Virus record (IMG/VR): IMGVR_UViG_2923318301_000003
Source: a virus
Taxonomy: Duplodnaviria; Heunggongvirae; Uroviricota; Caudoviricetes
Direction: 5' to 3' (one strand)
Length of the DNA stretch: 53,582 bases
The notes beneath the pieces were generated by a model that saw only the letters and a list, made by a program, of their open reading frames with translations, did not search any database and had not been told where the DNA came from. Of the stretch, positions 24,512 through 39,008 are shown one piece after another. The position numbers and the translations under genes are program-made. How positions within the stretch are numbered: position 1 is the first letter of the stretch; each line of letters begins with the position of its first letter.

Positions 24512-24915
24512 TTTCCCGCAGAAACAGGCTCTGCAGGCCCGGCGTCCTCTGTCTGTTCAGGGGTATTATTCACCACAAACTCATACATACCAGACAGCCG
24601 GTACACCACGTTTTCAGCATGAGAAATTGCCTCCGTGGGCCAGGTGGTAAGCACTTCCTGCTCAATCTGTTTAACGGCTTCATTCATGGACGGCATCTGC
24701 GTCTTCTGCGGATGGTTATGCCACAGGGACATCGCCACCAGAAACGCGCCGGTTCTGATGGCGTCTTCAACAGTAAACTTCCGGTTGCTGTCTGACTCCG
24801 CCTGTTCTGCCTGCCGTTTCATCAGGGCGAGATGCTCAATACGCTGCAGGGCTGACAGTTCAGAAAGCGTGACGGTCACACCGTTATGTTCAAATGATTC
24901 GGTTTTCAGGAACAT
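24493..24915 (-). CDS. G: Tail assembly chaperone G
   Basis: 140-aa ORF matching lambda gpG. Confidence 0.9.
   Translation of the reverse strand: MFLKTESFEHNGVTVTLSELSALQRIEHLALMKRQAEQAESDSNRKFTVEDAIRTGAFLVAMSLWHNHPQKTQMPSMNEAVKQIEQEVLTTWPTEAISHAENVVYRLSGMYEFVVNNTPEQTEDAGPAEPVSAGKCSTVS
24511..24517 (-). other. Programmed -1 ribosomal frameshift slippery heptamer GGGAAAG for G-T
   Basis: The - strand reads G GGA AAG immediately before the G stop codon, as in lambda. Confidence 0.8.
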
Positions 24916-24930
24916 CGCTGACTCTCCGGA

Positions 24931-25671
24931 TTAACTGGCGGTGACGGTGATTTCTGCAACCGCAGCAAACTCACCATTACCGGATACGACCGGAATGTTG
25001 ACCTTACCTGCAGCAACGCCATTCACGGTGATGGTCATACCACTGACCGACACGGTGGCTTTTGTTTTATCCGCTGACACCGCACGGAAGCTCTTGTCGG
25101 TTGCGCCATCCGGCTGGAATGCCACGGTCAGCGTGGTGCTCTGCCCTTTCACTACGGAAGCACTGGCGGGTGTCACCGTCATGCCGGTCGTCGCCGTCAC
25201 CGTGCTGCGATCTTCTGCCATCGACGGACGTCCCACATTGGTGACCTTCACCGTGCGGGTAATCACTTCCTTCGCCGTCACCGCCTTACCGATACTGCTG
25301 ACCCAGCCACGGAACACATCGACCGTGCCGTTCGGGAAGCGGATTTTATAGGCACGGGTATCGCCTTCATTAAACCACGCCAGCAGCGCCTGCTGCCCCT
25401 GCTCTCCGGGCATCCACGCCAGCGTGAAGCTGGTATCTCCGGCAGATTTCTGCCCCTGCCCGGTCGCAGTCCAGTCTGCATCTTCATCATCGAGATAGCT
25501 TTCGTCATAGGACTCAGCGGTCAGTTCGCCGGGCGTCAGGTCTTTAACTTTTGCCAGACGCGACCAGTCAACGTCTGAAAGCGGGTTCGCATAAGGGTCA
25601 CCGCTCCCCTTATAAACCCACAGGGTGGTCCCGGCACCTTTCACCGGCATTGTAGGATTTGGTACAGGCAT
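24931..25671 (-). CDS. V: Major tail tube protein V
   Basis: Lambda gpV-like starting MPVPNPTM; 246 aa after trimming the upstream in-frame extension in the ORF track. Confidence 0.9.
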   Translation of the reverse strand: MPVPNPTMPVKGAGTTLWVYKGSGDPYANPLSDVDWSRLAKVKDLTPGELTAESYDESYLDDEDADWTATGQGQKSAGDTSFTLAWMPGEQGQQALLAWFNEGDTRAYKIRFPNGTVDVFRGWVSSIGKAVTAKEVITRTVKVTNVGRPSMAEDRSTVTATTGMTVTPASASVVKGQSTTLTVAFQPDGATDKSFRAVSADKTKATVSVSGMTITVNGVAAGKVNIPVVSGNGEFAAVAEITVTAS

Positions 25672-25678
25672 AGCGTCC

Positions 25679-26074
25679 TCACATTTCATAGGTAATGACA
25701 TAAGTCAGATCGGCTGAACTCCACAGGCCCGCATCATCGTCGCGCCGGTAGTCATAGCCGCTGGCCACCATACTGGTGATCAAATCTGACAGTGCCGGGA
25801 TATCGCTCATCACCGGATAAATCCGGGACTCCATCCACGCATCCAGCTCTGAATCCGGCACCTGAGCAGGCAGGAAAACTTCGATATGCAGCTCCGCCTG
25901 CCAGGTATCGCTGTCCAGCTCTTCGCCCGTGTATTCAGCGCCGGTGAGATAAACGGCAACTGCCGGAAAATCCGCCTCATCAAAAACAGCGGGGCGACCA
26001 TCAAAAAACGTCGCCCCGGTGTCATGCTTCTCCAGTGCATCCAGTACGGCTGCACGGAGTTCAGTATGTTTCAT
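25679..26074 (-). CDS. U: Tail terminator protein U
   Basis: 131-aa ORF matching lambda gpU. Confidence 0.95.
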   Translation of the reverse strand: MKHTELRAAVLDALEKHDTGATFFDGRPAVFDEADFPAVAVYLTGAEYTGEELDSDTWQAELHIEVFLPAQVPDSELDAWMESRIYPVMSDIPALSDLITSMVASGYDYRRDDDAGLWSSADLTYVITYEM

Positions 26075-26649
26075 CGCTTTATTACCATTCTCAGTTGATG
26101 CTGCAGCGCATAGCCCAGCTCTTTCGGAAGACGTTCACGCCGTATCCGTTCAATATTCTGTTTAAACGCCGTGGTCAGCGGCACCGCCATCGGGATTTTC
26201 ACCACATCAATGGGGTAACGGTTTTTCCCGGCCACACGCTGCATAACATGCCACCGGCCGTTTTTCAGTTGCTGAATAAACGCGCCGGGAATACGACGGT
26301 TTCCCACCACAAGCACGCTGCCGCCACCTTTCAGGGCTGAACGCTGCCCCTTTTTACGACGCCTGCGTCGGGACAGGACAACCCGCGCGTTACCCAGCTT
26401 GATTACGGGCAAATCCCCCCGGTTAACTTTGATTCTGGCCTGCGGATTTTTGACCGTGGCCCTTTTCAGCCTGGCCCTTTCCTTTACCAGTTTCCGGCGC
26501 ACCTTTGTCTCACGGACAACCTGTGACGCCGACTGCGATATCGCGGATGAAGCAACGCGGTTAATGGCCATTGCGGCGGCACCAGGCACCGCCGTTTTGC
26601 TGATACGGCTGAGGTTTTCAACGGCCTGCTCAAGACCTTTTATGGCCAT
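26071..26649 (-). CDS. Z: Tail completion protein Z
   Basis: 192-aa ORF matching lambda gpZ. Confidence 0.9.
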   Translation of the reverse strand: MAIKGLEQAVENLSRISKTAVPGAAAMAINRVASSAISQSASQVVRETKVRRKLVKERARLKRATVKNPQARIKVNRGDLPVIKLGNARVVLSRRRRRKKGQRSALKGGGSVLVVGNRRIPGAFIQQLKNGRWHVMQRVAGKNRYPIDVVKIPMAVPLTTAFKQNIERIRRERLPKELGYALQHQLRMVIKR

Positions 26650-26660
26650 ACATCCCCCTT

Positions 26661-27014
26661 TCAGCGGCGACGGTTAACGGCAGGCGGTACCCCCCGCCCA
26701 AGCCAGAGATGACAGCTTCCGCCATCATCCGGCGTAACCCGATCTACCCAGAAGTTTTCCTCACCGATGGTCAGCGTGTCTCCACGCCGCAGCTGCCGCA
26801 CATCATCAGTCCGGACAAACAGGGACGGGCTGGAGCCTTCAACGCGCACGCCCTGTCCGGCATAGCTGATATTTTCAGGGTCATCAAAAACACCACGTAT
26901 TACTGCGCCGGACTGCTCACCGGATGTCATGGTGGCTGACGTTCCCATGTACCCGCGTATCGTTTCATCGGCGCGGGCAATGGCAGCATCGAACAGGTTA
27001 TCGAAATCAGCCAC
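26661..27014 (-). CDS. FII: Head-tail joining protein FII
   Basis: 117-aa ORF matching lambda gpFII. Confidence 0.9.
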   Translation of the reverse strand: MADFDNLFDAAIARADETIRGYMGTSATMTSGEQSGAVIRGVFDDPENISYAGQGVRVEGSSPSLFVRTDDVRQLRRGDTLTIGEENFWVDRVTPDDGGSCHLWLGRGVPPAVNRRR

Positions 27015-27025
27015 AGCGCCTCCCG

Positions 27026-27421
27026 TTATTGCATTCTGGCCAGGCCGCGCGCTGTCATTTCAGCTGCCACACCGGCAGAGACACGGAACGCCGTTCCCGG
27101 CAGCACAAATGCCACAGCCTCATCCCGCGTGGCGTGAAGTGCATCAGTATGCAGCGTCACCAGTGCCACAACCGTGACCAGAGCAGCCGTATCAGTCACG
27201 GTATCCGTCTGCGCTGATACCACCTCATTTTCATGTCCGGTCAGCGCATTTTCCGGGCTGACAGACGTGTCCAGACCGGCTGCGTCATCCGTGTCATCAA
27301 GCTCCTCTTCCAGCTCTGCCACACGGAGCGCCAGTTCTTCTTTCGTCCCCTTCAGGCTGACATCACGGTTCAGTTGCTCACCCAGCGACCGGAGACGGGC
27401 AATCAGTTCATCTTTCGTCAT
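27026..27421 (-). CDS. FI: DNA packaging protein FI
   Basis: Lambda gpFI-like starting MTKDELIARLRSLGEQL; trimmed from the longer ORF-track frame. Confidence 0.85.
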   Translation of the reverse strand: MTKDELIARLRSLGEQLNRDVSLKGTKEELALRVAELEEELDDTDDAAGLDTSVSPENALTGHENEVVSAQTDTVTDTAALVTVVALVTLHTDALHATRDEAVAFVLPGTAFRVSAGVAAEMTARGLARMQ

Positions 27422-27462
27422 GGATTCCTCCACAGAGAGAAAATGGCCCCGAAGGGCCATGA

Positions 27463-28488
27463 TTACGCCAGTTGAACGGACACGAACTCATCAGGATCAG
27501 CCAGCAGCATCAGCGGTGCTGACTGAATCATGGTGAACTCTCGCGCCGGATCGCCGGATGTCTTCCAGTTTTTCGGATAACGGGGAGACGCATTAATACC
27601 CTCACTCAATGCATCCGCATCCTGAATACAGCCATAGGTGCGCAGACCGCGTGCATGAGTGTTACCCAGCACCATCGTGTTGTCCGGCAGGAAGTTCTTT
27701 TTGACGCCGTTTTCCACGTACTGTCCGGAATACACGACGATGGCCACATCGCCATACATCCCCTTATAGGACACCGCTTTACCCAGGTCTTTCACCGCTG
27801 TCTCCAGCTCGGAATGAGAGCCACGACGGGTATCCAGCTTCTCCCTGACGGCTTTGAAGGAACGGAACAGCGCCCAGCCTTTCGGGTCAAACACGATGAT
27901 ATTCACCACGCCGCTGGCGTTCAGCGCGTAGGCTTCGATATCGTCGGTCGGGTCATACGTGGACTTGTCACGCTTGCTCCACTCCGTGACGCCGGACTGT
28001 GTGATGTTGTTCGCCGCACTGCGGCCCATATCCACCTCAACCGGATCGAAGGCTTCACCGGTCATGGTGTATTTGCCCTTGAGCACGGCAGAAACTGCCT
28101 GCATCTCTTCGACCTGAGCAATGGCCAGCTCTTCGTCACGCATGTTCTGCATGATGATGCGACGGCGGCGGTAAGCCGGGTCCGCCAGATTCTGCGGATC
28201 TTCATCCGGCAGGCGACGCAGGGTCATCTGCGGATTCACTTCATGCTTCGGCTTGACATATCCCGGCGTAAATTCAGAGGTGGAGCCGCCACGGGAACGG
28301 ATAACCTCACCGGAAACAATCGGCGAAACGTACAGCGCCATGTTTACCAGTCCCGGAATTTGTGAGAGATAGACTTTCTCCGTGGTGAAGGGATAGCTCT
28401 CACGGAAAAAGAGACGCAGAAACAGCGGATCAAACTTAAATTTCTGCTCATTTGCCGCCAGCAGCTGGGCGGTTGTGTACATCGACAT
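27463..28488 (-). CDS. E: Major capsid protein E
   Basis: Lambda gpE-like starting MSMYTTAQLLAANEQKFKFDPLFLRLF; 341 aa. Confidence 0.95.
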   Translation of the reverse strand: MSMYTTAQLLAANEQKFKFDPLFLRLFFRESYPFTTEKVYLSQIPGLVNMALYVSPIVSGEVIRSRGGSTSEFTPGYVKPKHEVNPQMTLRRLPDEDPQNLADPAYRRRRIIMQNMRDEELAIAQVEEMQAVSAVLKGKYTMTGEAFDPVEVDMGRSAANNITQSGVTEWSKRDKSTYDPTDDIEAYALNASGVVNIIVFDPKGWALFRSFKAVREKLDTRRGSHSELETAVKDLGKAVSYKGMYGDVAIVVYSGQYVENGVKKNFLPDNTMVLGNTHARGLRTYGCIQDADALSEGINASPRYPKNWKTSGDPAREFTMIQSAPLMLLADPDEFVSVQLA

Positions 28489-28543
28489 AAAAAAATCCCG
28501 TAAAAAAAGCCGCACAGGCGGCCTTTAGTGATGAAGGGTAAAG

Positions 28544-28876
28544 TTAAACGATGCTGATTGCCGTTCCGGCAAACGCGGTCCGTTTTTTCGTCTCGTCGCT
28601 GGCAGCCTCCGGCCAGAGCACATCCTCATAACGGAACGTGCCGGACTTGTAGAACGTCAGCGTGGTGCTGGTCTGGTCAGCAGCAACCGCAAGAATGCCA
28701 ACGGCAGCACCGTCGGTGGTGCCATCCCACGCAACCAGCTTACGGGTGGAGGTGTTCAGCATCAGCGGGGTCATTGCAGGCGCTTTCGCACTCAATCCGC
28801 CGGGCGCGGTTGCGGTATGAGCCGGGTCACTGTTGCCCAGCGGCTGGTAATGGGTAAAGGTTTCTTTGCTCGTCAT
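28544..28876 (-). CDS. D: Capsid decoration protein D
   Basis: Lambda gpD-like ([12 protein letters not shown]...AISIV); 110 aa. Confidence 0.95.
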   Translation of the reverse strand: MTSKETFTHYQPLGNSDPAHTATAPGGLSAKAPAMTPLMLNTSTRKLVAWDGTTDGAAVGILAVAADQTSTTLTFYKSGTFRYEDVLWPEAASDETKKRTAFAGTAISIV

Positions 28877-28885
28877 AAACATCCC

Positions 28886-30185
28886 TTACACTGGTGTGTT
28901 CAGCAAATCGTTAACGGCATCAGATGCCGGGTTACATGCAGCCAGCGGTGCCGGTGCCCCCTGCATCAGACGATCCAGCGCAGTGTCACTGCGCGCCTGT
29001 GCACTCTGTGGTGCTGCGGCCAGAATACGGCGGGCCGTTTCCACGGTCATACCGGGGGTTTCGGCCAGCACGCATGCCTGTTCTTCGCGTCCGTGAGCCT
29101 CCTCACAGTTGAGGATCCCCATAATGCGGCTGTTTTCTGCCGCAACCGCAGCGGTGATCTGCGCGTTCACGTCCGGCTGCGCCGCGCTGGCGTTTTCGCC
29201 CTCCGTCGCTGGCACCACGTCAGTAACGTCAGCCTGCGAAGCAGTGGCTGAAACAGTTGTTGATTGAGTCTCTTTGGTCATTCGCCCTCCTGAGAGACGG
29301 GATTTACGTGCATCCAGTGCATCACGCATAACGGTGATCGCATCGGTGCTGTTGACAAGTTCATCAGCCAGTCCGGCATCAATGGCCTCCTGACCGCTGT
29401 ACACTGCAGCCTCGGTATCCAGCACAGCCTGCACGGACAGGCCGGTATATGCCGACACCTTTTGCGCAAACATCCGGCGGGTTGCATCCATCCGGGACTG
29501 CAGTGTCTCCCGGACGTCATCCGGAAGATGGCTGTAGGGGTTGCCATCCACCTTATGGCTGCCGCTGTAAATCAGCGTGATTTCCACGCCCTGTTTCTCC
29601 AGCGCAGCACCGTAATTACTGTGAGCCATCATGACGCCGATGGAGCCTGTCCGGGCGGTCTGCGTGACCAGACGCCGGGAGGCGGCACTGGCAAGCAGCT
29701 GACCTGCGCTGCAGTTCATGTCATTGGCCAGCGCCCATACCGGCTTTATGTCACGCACACGGGCGATGATGTCAGCGCAGTCAAATGCCCCTGCCACCAT
29801 TCCGCCGGGCGTGTCCATATCCAGCAGAATGCCGTCCACCATCGGGTCGCTGGCAGCCTGTTGCAGACGGGCGATAATGCCGTTGTAACCGGTCATCCCC
29901 GAATACGGCTGCAGCGCCCGCGTCCGGCTGACCAGCGTGCCGGAAACCGGCAGCACGGCGATGCCGTTCATGACCTGATAACTGCGGGCCTGTCGTGGTC
30001 CGTCATCATCACCGGATAACGCCAGCGTCGCGGGTGCCTCTCCGGCAGTCAGGCTGTCGCCGGACACCGCATCCGTCAGGCGACTGATCCCAAGCTGGCC
30101 TGCAAGCGCACAAAAGAAAACCCGCGCATAGGCGGGTTCAAGCATCAGCGGCTCATTAAAAGCCATGCTGGCAATATGCGGGAGA

Positions 30186-30205
<20 letters not shown>
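28886..30205 (-). CDS. C: Capsid assembly protease C, with nested in-frame scaffold Nu3
   Basis: Lambda gpC-like (start near MTAELRNLPHIASMAFNEP); S49-type protease region; the Nu3 scaffold corresponds to the C-terminal part of the same frame. Confidence 0.9.
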
Positions 30206-33886
<3,681 letters not shown>

Positions 33887-33912
<26 letters not shown>

Positions 33913-34432
33913 TCAGCAACCCCGGTATCAGTTCATCCAGCGCGGCTGCTTTGTTCATGGCTTTGATGATATCCCGTTTCAGGAAATCAACATGTCGGTT
34001 TTCCAGTTCCGGAAAACGCCGCTGCACCGACAGGGGGATCCCGTCGAGAATACTGGCAATTTCACCTGCGATCCGCGACAGCACGAAAGTACAGAATGCG
34101 GTTTCCACCACTTCAGCTGAGTCTCTGGCATTCTTCAGTTCCTGTGCGTCGGCCTGCGCACGCGTAAGTCGATGGCGTTCGTACTCAATAGTCCCTGGCT
34201 GGAGATCTGCCTCGCTGGCCTGGCGCAGTTCTTCAACCTCCCGGCGCAGCTTTTCGTTCTCAATTTCAGCATCCCTTTCGGCATACCATTTTATAACGGC
34301 GGCAGAGTCATAAAGCACCTCATTACCCTTGCCACCGCCTCGCAGAACGGGCATTCCCTGTTCCTGCCAGTTCTGAATGGTACGGATACTCGCACCGAAA
34401 ATGTCAGCCAGCTGCTTTTTGTTGACTTCCAT
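33887..34432 (-). CDS. Nu1: Terminase small subunit Nu1
   Basis: 181-aa ORF (MEVNKKQLADIFGASIRTIQNWQEQGMP) matching lambda Nu1. Confidence 0.95.
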
Positions 34433-34439
34433 TGTTCAT

Positions 34440-34625
34440 TCCACGGCCAAAAACAGAGAAAGGAAACGACAAAGGCCCAAAAGTTCGTTTTCAGCACCTG
34501 TCGTTTCCTTTCTTTTCAGGGGGTATTTTAAATAGAAACATTAAGTTACGACGAAGAAGAACGGAAACGCCTTAAACCGGAAAATTTTCATAAATAGCGA
34601 AAACCCGCGAGGTCGCCGCCTCGTA
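34440..34625 (-). other. cos region (cosN 12-nt cohesive end at about 34608..34619, with the cosB side towards Nu1)
   Basis: aggtcgccgcct is the lambda cohesive-end sequence with one base change (lambda, as recalled: aggtcgccgccc); flanking sequence is lambda-like on both sides. Confidence 0.8.
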
Positions 34626-34820
34626 ACCTGTCGGATCGCCGGAAAGGACCCGCAAAATGATAATAATTATCATCTGCATGTCACAACGTGCATCTACGCC
34701 ATCAAACCACGTCAAATAATCAATTATGACGCAGGTATCATATTAATTGATCTGCATCAACTTAACGTAAAAACAACTTCAGACAATACAAATCAGCGAC
34801 ACTGAATACGGGACAACCTC

Positions 34821-35054
34821 ATGTCAACGAAGAACAGAACCCGCAGAACAACAACCCGCAACATCCGCTTTCCTAACCAAATGATTGAACAAATTAACAT
34901 CGCTCTTGATCAAAAAGGGTCCGGGAATTTCTCAGCCTGGGTCATTGAAGCCTGCCGCCGGAGACTGTGCTCAGAAAAAAGAGTTTCTCCTGAAGCAAAC
35001 AAAGAAAAGAGTGACATTACTGAATTGCTCAGAAAACAGATCAGACCAGATTGA
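34821..35054 (+). CDS. Small conserved hypothetical protein adjacent to cos
   Basis: 77-aa ORF with an ATG start in sequence recalled as lambda right-end DNA; function unknown. Confidence 0.5.
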   Translation: MSTKNRTRRTTTRNIRFPNQMIEQINIALDQKGSGNFSAWVIEACRRRLCSEKRVSPEANKEKSDITELLRKQIRPD

Positions 35055-35110
35055 AGCAATTTAGATAATCGTGCAGACTACGCCCCTCATATCACATGGA
35101 AGGTACTACA

Positions 35111-35521
35111 ATGGCTCAGGTTGCCATTTTTAAACAAATATTCGATAAAGTGCGAAATAATTTAAACTATCACTGGTTTTATTCTGAACTAAAACGTCAC
35201 AATGTCTCACATTACATTTACTATTTAGCCACAGAGAATATTCATCTTGTTCTTGAAAACGATAATACGGTTTTAATAAAAGGACAGGGTAAGGTTGTAA
35301 ATGTAAGATTTTCAAAAAATAAATGCCTTATAGAAGCCACATTAAAAGGATTCAAATCAGGAGAGTTATCATTTTACGAATACAGGAAAAATCTTGCTAC
35401 AGCAGGGGTTTTCAGATGGATTACAAATATCCACGAAAACAAAAGGTATTACTATACCTTTGATAATTCATTACTCTTTACTGAGAACATTCAGAACACT
35501 ACACAAATATTTCCGCACTAA
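35111..35521 (+). CDS. Uncharacterised prophage protein (YdfO/DUF1398-like, tentative)
   Basis: AT-rich ORF starting [38 protein letters not shown]; family assignment is from memory only. Confidence 0.6.
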   Translation: MAQVAIFKQIFDKVRNNLNYHWFYSELKRHNVSHYIYYLATENIHLVLENDNTVLIKGQGKVVNVRFSKNKCLIEATLKGFKSGELSFYEYRKNLATAGVFRWITNIHENKRYYYTFDNSLLFTENIQNTTQIFPH

Positions 35522-36011
35522 ATCATAACGTCCGGTTTCTTCCGCGCCAGAACCGGACTCGCTGGCATGATGAAATATGTGTACCCGGTAACCCCGGTGT
35601 GCATCGTTTTTGATTATTCCCGCACACTCGCGCAGAAGGAGTTCCCCGTCGGGCTACGGTCTCTGTTAATACGGGAATACGGCGACGATACAGCGCATGA
35701 TGTGTCAGGCTTGAATACCTTTATCCTTTAAAAGGGATATCAGTTAAGTTATCCCGTGTAGGGTATAAGCCATTATCAAAGCCACTCTGTAGGAAGTGCT
35801 TTTGTAATGGCAATAAAAAGCCCCGCGAATGCGAGGCTAAATCCTGGTATTTGTAATGACTGGCTCTTATCTCAACGCAGCCCCTTACCGCGCGCAAAAT
35901 GCTCAATATCAAGCATCAGCAATGAGATGTTTAATCTGGATTCACTCCAGAAGTGAGCACCACCCTGTCTACAGAGCCAGATGTGAAGGATGATGAGTAA
36001 AATTATCGCTA

Positions 36012-36449
36012 TCATCGAAGGCATTGCGTCCTGATGTACTCCTGCAGGTAGTTAACCTGCGCGGTTATCCTGTCGATTCCACTTCGGAGACGGTAATAAT
36101 TGAGTTCAGCATCTGCTGTAAGTCTTGGGCTTTCTCCATCGCCCATGCTGCTGGCTCCGGTCTTTGACTTTGCACATGAGGCGGCGACTTGCAGCCGCTT
36201 ACGCCCAGCAGAAACATCATCACGGAGACTTTCGATAGTCGCGTTAGCATCAGCAAGCTCCTTTGTATATCTGGCGTCGAGTTCTGCTACGTCACGTTGA
36301 CGCTTCTGCATGTCAGCGATGATGGATGTGGCTTTGTCGCGCTGGGCTTTGTAGGCGATGGCGTTATCACGGTAATGATTAACAGCCCATAACAGGCAGA
36401 CGATGATGCAGATAACCAGAGCGGAGATAATCGCGGTGACTCTGCTCAT
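36012..36449 (-). CDS. Rz: Spanin inner-membrane subunit Rz
   Basis: [30 protein letters not shown] matches the lambda Rz N-terminus; downstream of the endolysin gene. Confidence 0.9.
   Translation of the reverse strand: MSRVTAIISALVICIIVCLLWAVNHYRDNAIAYKAQRDKATSIIADMQKRQRDVAELDARYTKELADANATIESLRDDVSAGRKRLQVAASCAKSKTGASSMGDGESPRLTADAELNYYRLRSGIDRITAQVNYLQEYIRTQCLR
36065..36256 (-). CDS. Rz1: Spanin outer-membrane lipoprotein Rz1, embedded in Rz in the +1 frame
   Basis: Nested ORF with lipobox LLGVSGC and a Pro-rich tail; exact start Met uncertain. Confidence 0.75.
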   Translation of the reverse strand: MLMLTRLSKVSVMMFLLGVSGCKSPPHVQSQRPEPAAWAMEKAQDLQQMLNSIITVSEVESTG

Positions 36450-36922
36450 GCCTCAATCTCTCTGACCGTTCCGCCTGCTTCTTTGAATTTTGAAATCAGA
36501 CTGTCAGCCTTATGCTCGAACTGACCATAACCAGCGCCCGGCAATGAAGCCCAGATATTGCTGCAACGGTCGATTGCCTGACGAATATCACCGCGGTCAA
36601 TCATCGGTAAAGCGCCACGCTCTTTAATCTGTTGCAATGCCACAGCGTCCTGGCTTTTCGGAGAGAAGTCTTTCAGGCCAAGCTGCTTACGATAGGCATC
36701 CCACCAACGGGAAAGAAGCTGGTAACGTCCGGCTGCTGTTGATTTGAGTTTTGGGTTTAGCGTGACAAGTTTGCGAGGGTGATCGGAGTAATCAGTAAAC
36801 AGTTCACCACCGACAATAACATCATAACCGTGGTTACGTGTCGGTTGTCGCCCGTTATCCGTTCCTTCTGACCATGCAACCATATCCAGGAAAGCTTTAC
36901 GCTGGGAATTTAGTACCTGCAT
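36446..36922 (-). CDS. R: Endolysin R (lytic transglycosylase)
   Basis: 158-aa ORF with lambda R-like sequence ([11 protein letters not shown]...GYDVIVGG). Confidence 0.95.
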   Translation of the reverse strand: MQVLNSQRKAFLDMVAWSEGTDNGRQPTRNHGYDVIVGGELFTDYSDHPRKLVTLNPKLKSTAAGRYQLLSRWWDAYRKQLGLKDFSPKSQDAVALQQIKERGALPMIDRGDIRQAIDRCSNIWASLPGAGYGQFEHKADSLISKFKEAGGTVREIEA

Positions 36923-36925
36923 AAA

Positions 36926-37357
36926 TTACTCCTTCGAGCTACCAAACTTGTTACCGATTACTCTCATTGCAGCCCCACGAATAGCATCGACACCGATCAG
37001 CCCCACCCCACCACCAATGGCAACAGAAAGCGATTTAGGCCATCCGACATACTCAAGCGCGGATGCAAAGGTCAACGTCAGAGCGCCACATAGCAAAATC
37101 TCGAGCGTTTTTCGCTTCCAGCCACCACCACCGCCAAAATAGGCGATGCGCAAACCAGCCATAACAATCGACATAATCACTGCGCCCAGCGGCGTATCTC
37201 CACGCCACCAGCTCTGAAACAACTCCAGCCAGTCCGGCCAGGTATTTGGGTTATGAGGCATTTCGTCATCTCTCACCTCGCGATATTTGCGGGTGCTGTG
37301 TTGGAAATAAAAAGGCCACGCAACGTGGCCACCAGAATTATTTCCCCACCAGTTCAC
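36926..37357 (-). CDS. Putative holin (not lambda S type)
   Basis: Immediately upstream of the endolysin gene; three hydrophobic helices. Start is probably internal (MPHNPNTW), because the full ORF overlaps the methyltransferase 3' end. Confidence 0.6.
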   Translation of the reverse strand: MNWWGNNSGGHVAWPFYFQHSTRKYREVRDDEMPHNPNTWPDWLELFQSWWRGDTPLGAVIMSIVMAGLRIAYFGGGGGWKRKTLEILLCGALTLTFASALEYVGWPKSLSVAIGGGVGLIGVDAIRGAAMRVIGNKFGSSKE

Positions 37358-38390
37358 TTACCTCTTTCACCGTCTGATTAAACCGCTCTGACTCAAGTTC
37401 AACACCTAACGCCCGACGCCCCAGCGCCATTGCCGCTTTTATTGTGGAACCGGATCCCATAAAGAAATCAGCAACCAGATCGCCTTGTCGACTACTGGCA
37501 CTGATTATTTGCCGGAGCATATCCGCAGGCTTCTCACACGGATGTTTACCCGGGTAGAACTGAACGGGTTTATGCGTCCAGACGTCGGTATAAGGCACGG
37601 AAACTGATACGGAGAAATAGCGCCGGAGAGTTTTAAACTCATCCAGCAATTCAGAATATTTGCGATTCAGTGAATCATAAGATGCCACCAGCTGGTGGTG
37701 TGGTTGTTCCAGTTGTTGTTCCTGAAATTTCTCTGCCGCTATACGGGAAAACAGTGCCTGCAACTTCCGGTAGTCAGCCTCATTCGGCAACTGCCACTGA
37801 CTGGCACCAAACCAGTGGGAAACCATATTTTTCTTACCTGTGGCTTCAGCAATTTGTTTTGCCGTTATACCCAGTTCGGCACGAGCATCCCTGAAATACG
37901 ATATCAGCGGTGCCATTATGTGCTGTTTGAGTTCCCTTTCTTTTGCCGCATAGCCGTCACTTTTGCCGCGATATGGCCCCTGGTAATGTTCAGCAAACAG
38001 AACGCGCTCTGTGGCAGGAAAATATGCGCGCAGACTTTCTTTATTACACCCATTCCAACGTCCGGACGGCTTCGCCCAGATGATATGGTTAAGCACGTTG
38101 AAACGTTCACGCATCATGATCTCAATATCAGATGCCAGGCGATGCCCACAGAACAGGTAAAGGCTTCCGGCTGGTTTCAGTACCCGCCAGAACTGGGCCA
38201 GACAGTGGTCCAGCCACTTCAGGTAATCTTCGTCCCCTTTCCACTGATTGTCCCAGCCGTTGGGCTTCACTTTGAAGTACGGCGGATCGGTAACAATCAG
38301 ATCAATGGAGTTATCAGGCAGGGACTGAATAAAATGCAGGCAATCAGCGTTGATTAAATCAACACTGTTTATTTTTACAGTATTTTTCAT
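37338..38390 (-). CDS. DNA methyltransferase (DPPY-motif N6-adenine/N4-cytosine class), orphan
   Basis: VTDPPYF near the N-terminus and the AdoMet motif DFFMGSGST near the C-terminus; no adjacent restriction gene. Confidence 0.85.
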   Translation of the reverse strand: MKNTVKINSVDLINADCLHFIQSLPDNSIDLIVTDPPYFKVKPNGWDNQWKGDEDYLKWLDHCLAQFWRVLKPAGSLYLFCGHRLASDIEIMMRERFNVLNHIIWAKPSGRWNGCNKESLRAYFPATERVLFAEHYQGPYRGKSDGYAAKERELKQHIMAPLISYFRDARAELGITAKQIAEATGKKNMVSHWFGASQWQLPNEADYRKLQALFSRIAAEKFQEQQLEQPHHQLVASYDSLNRKYSELLDEFKTLRRYFSVSVSVPYTDVWTHKPVQFYPGKHPCEKPADMLRQIISASSRQGDLVADFFMGSGSTIKAAMALGRRALGVELESERFNQTVKEVSELVGK

Positions 38391-38540
38391 GGATCAGTAA
38401 GCGTAACTCTGGTAGGCTCACTCTGCTTTTGCGCTAAAGCAGTGGGCCGTGGTTCGCTTGTGACAAGTAAGCATGAGCGAATGGCTGGCAGGTGCTACCA
38501 ACACCCACCAGCCGCCCATTTTCACAGCAGGAAACCGCCA

Positions 38541-38744
38541 TTACTGGCAGCGTCTGAATTTATTCCCGTACCCGCCGTTATCCTTCGCCAGACCCGCCAG
38601 AACTAACTGAGTCAGTATTAACTGGCACCTGGCTTCGCTTACTCCGGTAGTTCTCGTCATCATGCGTGGCGTTACCCACTTGTCAGCAGGTAAGAAATGA
38701 AGGACTGCGGCGGCGGTTTCTGTCATATCTTGCTGTTTTAGCAT
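38541..38744 (-). CDS. Small hypothetical protein
   Basis: 67-aa ORF with an AAGGGA RBS before the ATG at 38744; no recognisable motif. Confidence 0.4.
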   Translation of the reverse strand: MLKQQDMTETAAAVLHFLPADKWVTPRMMTRTTGVSEARCQLILTQLVLAGLAKDNGGYGNKFRRCQ

Positions 38745-39008
38745 GTCTTTTCCCTTCTGGTTAACATGACATACCAATAACTCTTGTCTAAAAAGCCAGC
38801 AAGATAAAAAGCCAGTATTCACGACCACCAGCGTGTTTACTGTACTGCACAAGGTTTACAGGTACAAAAAAACCGCTCAGCGGCGGGTTTAAGTTGTGTG
38901 GCGAAGTAACCACTCTTAACACGATATAATACTTTTTGCGTACGCGTTAGGATTTTTATAAACTATGCGTCCCCATTCTCGCTAACTTTAGTCGGTCCTG
39001 GAATACAC

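Noticed and set aside
35721-35912. 63-aa ORF between the YdfO-like gene and Rz
   Set aside because: No RBS and no conserved features; probably non-coding sequence in the position where lambda carries bor.
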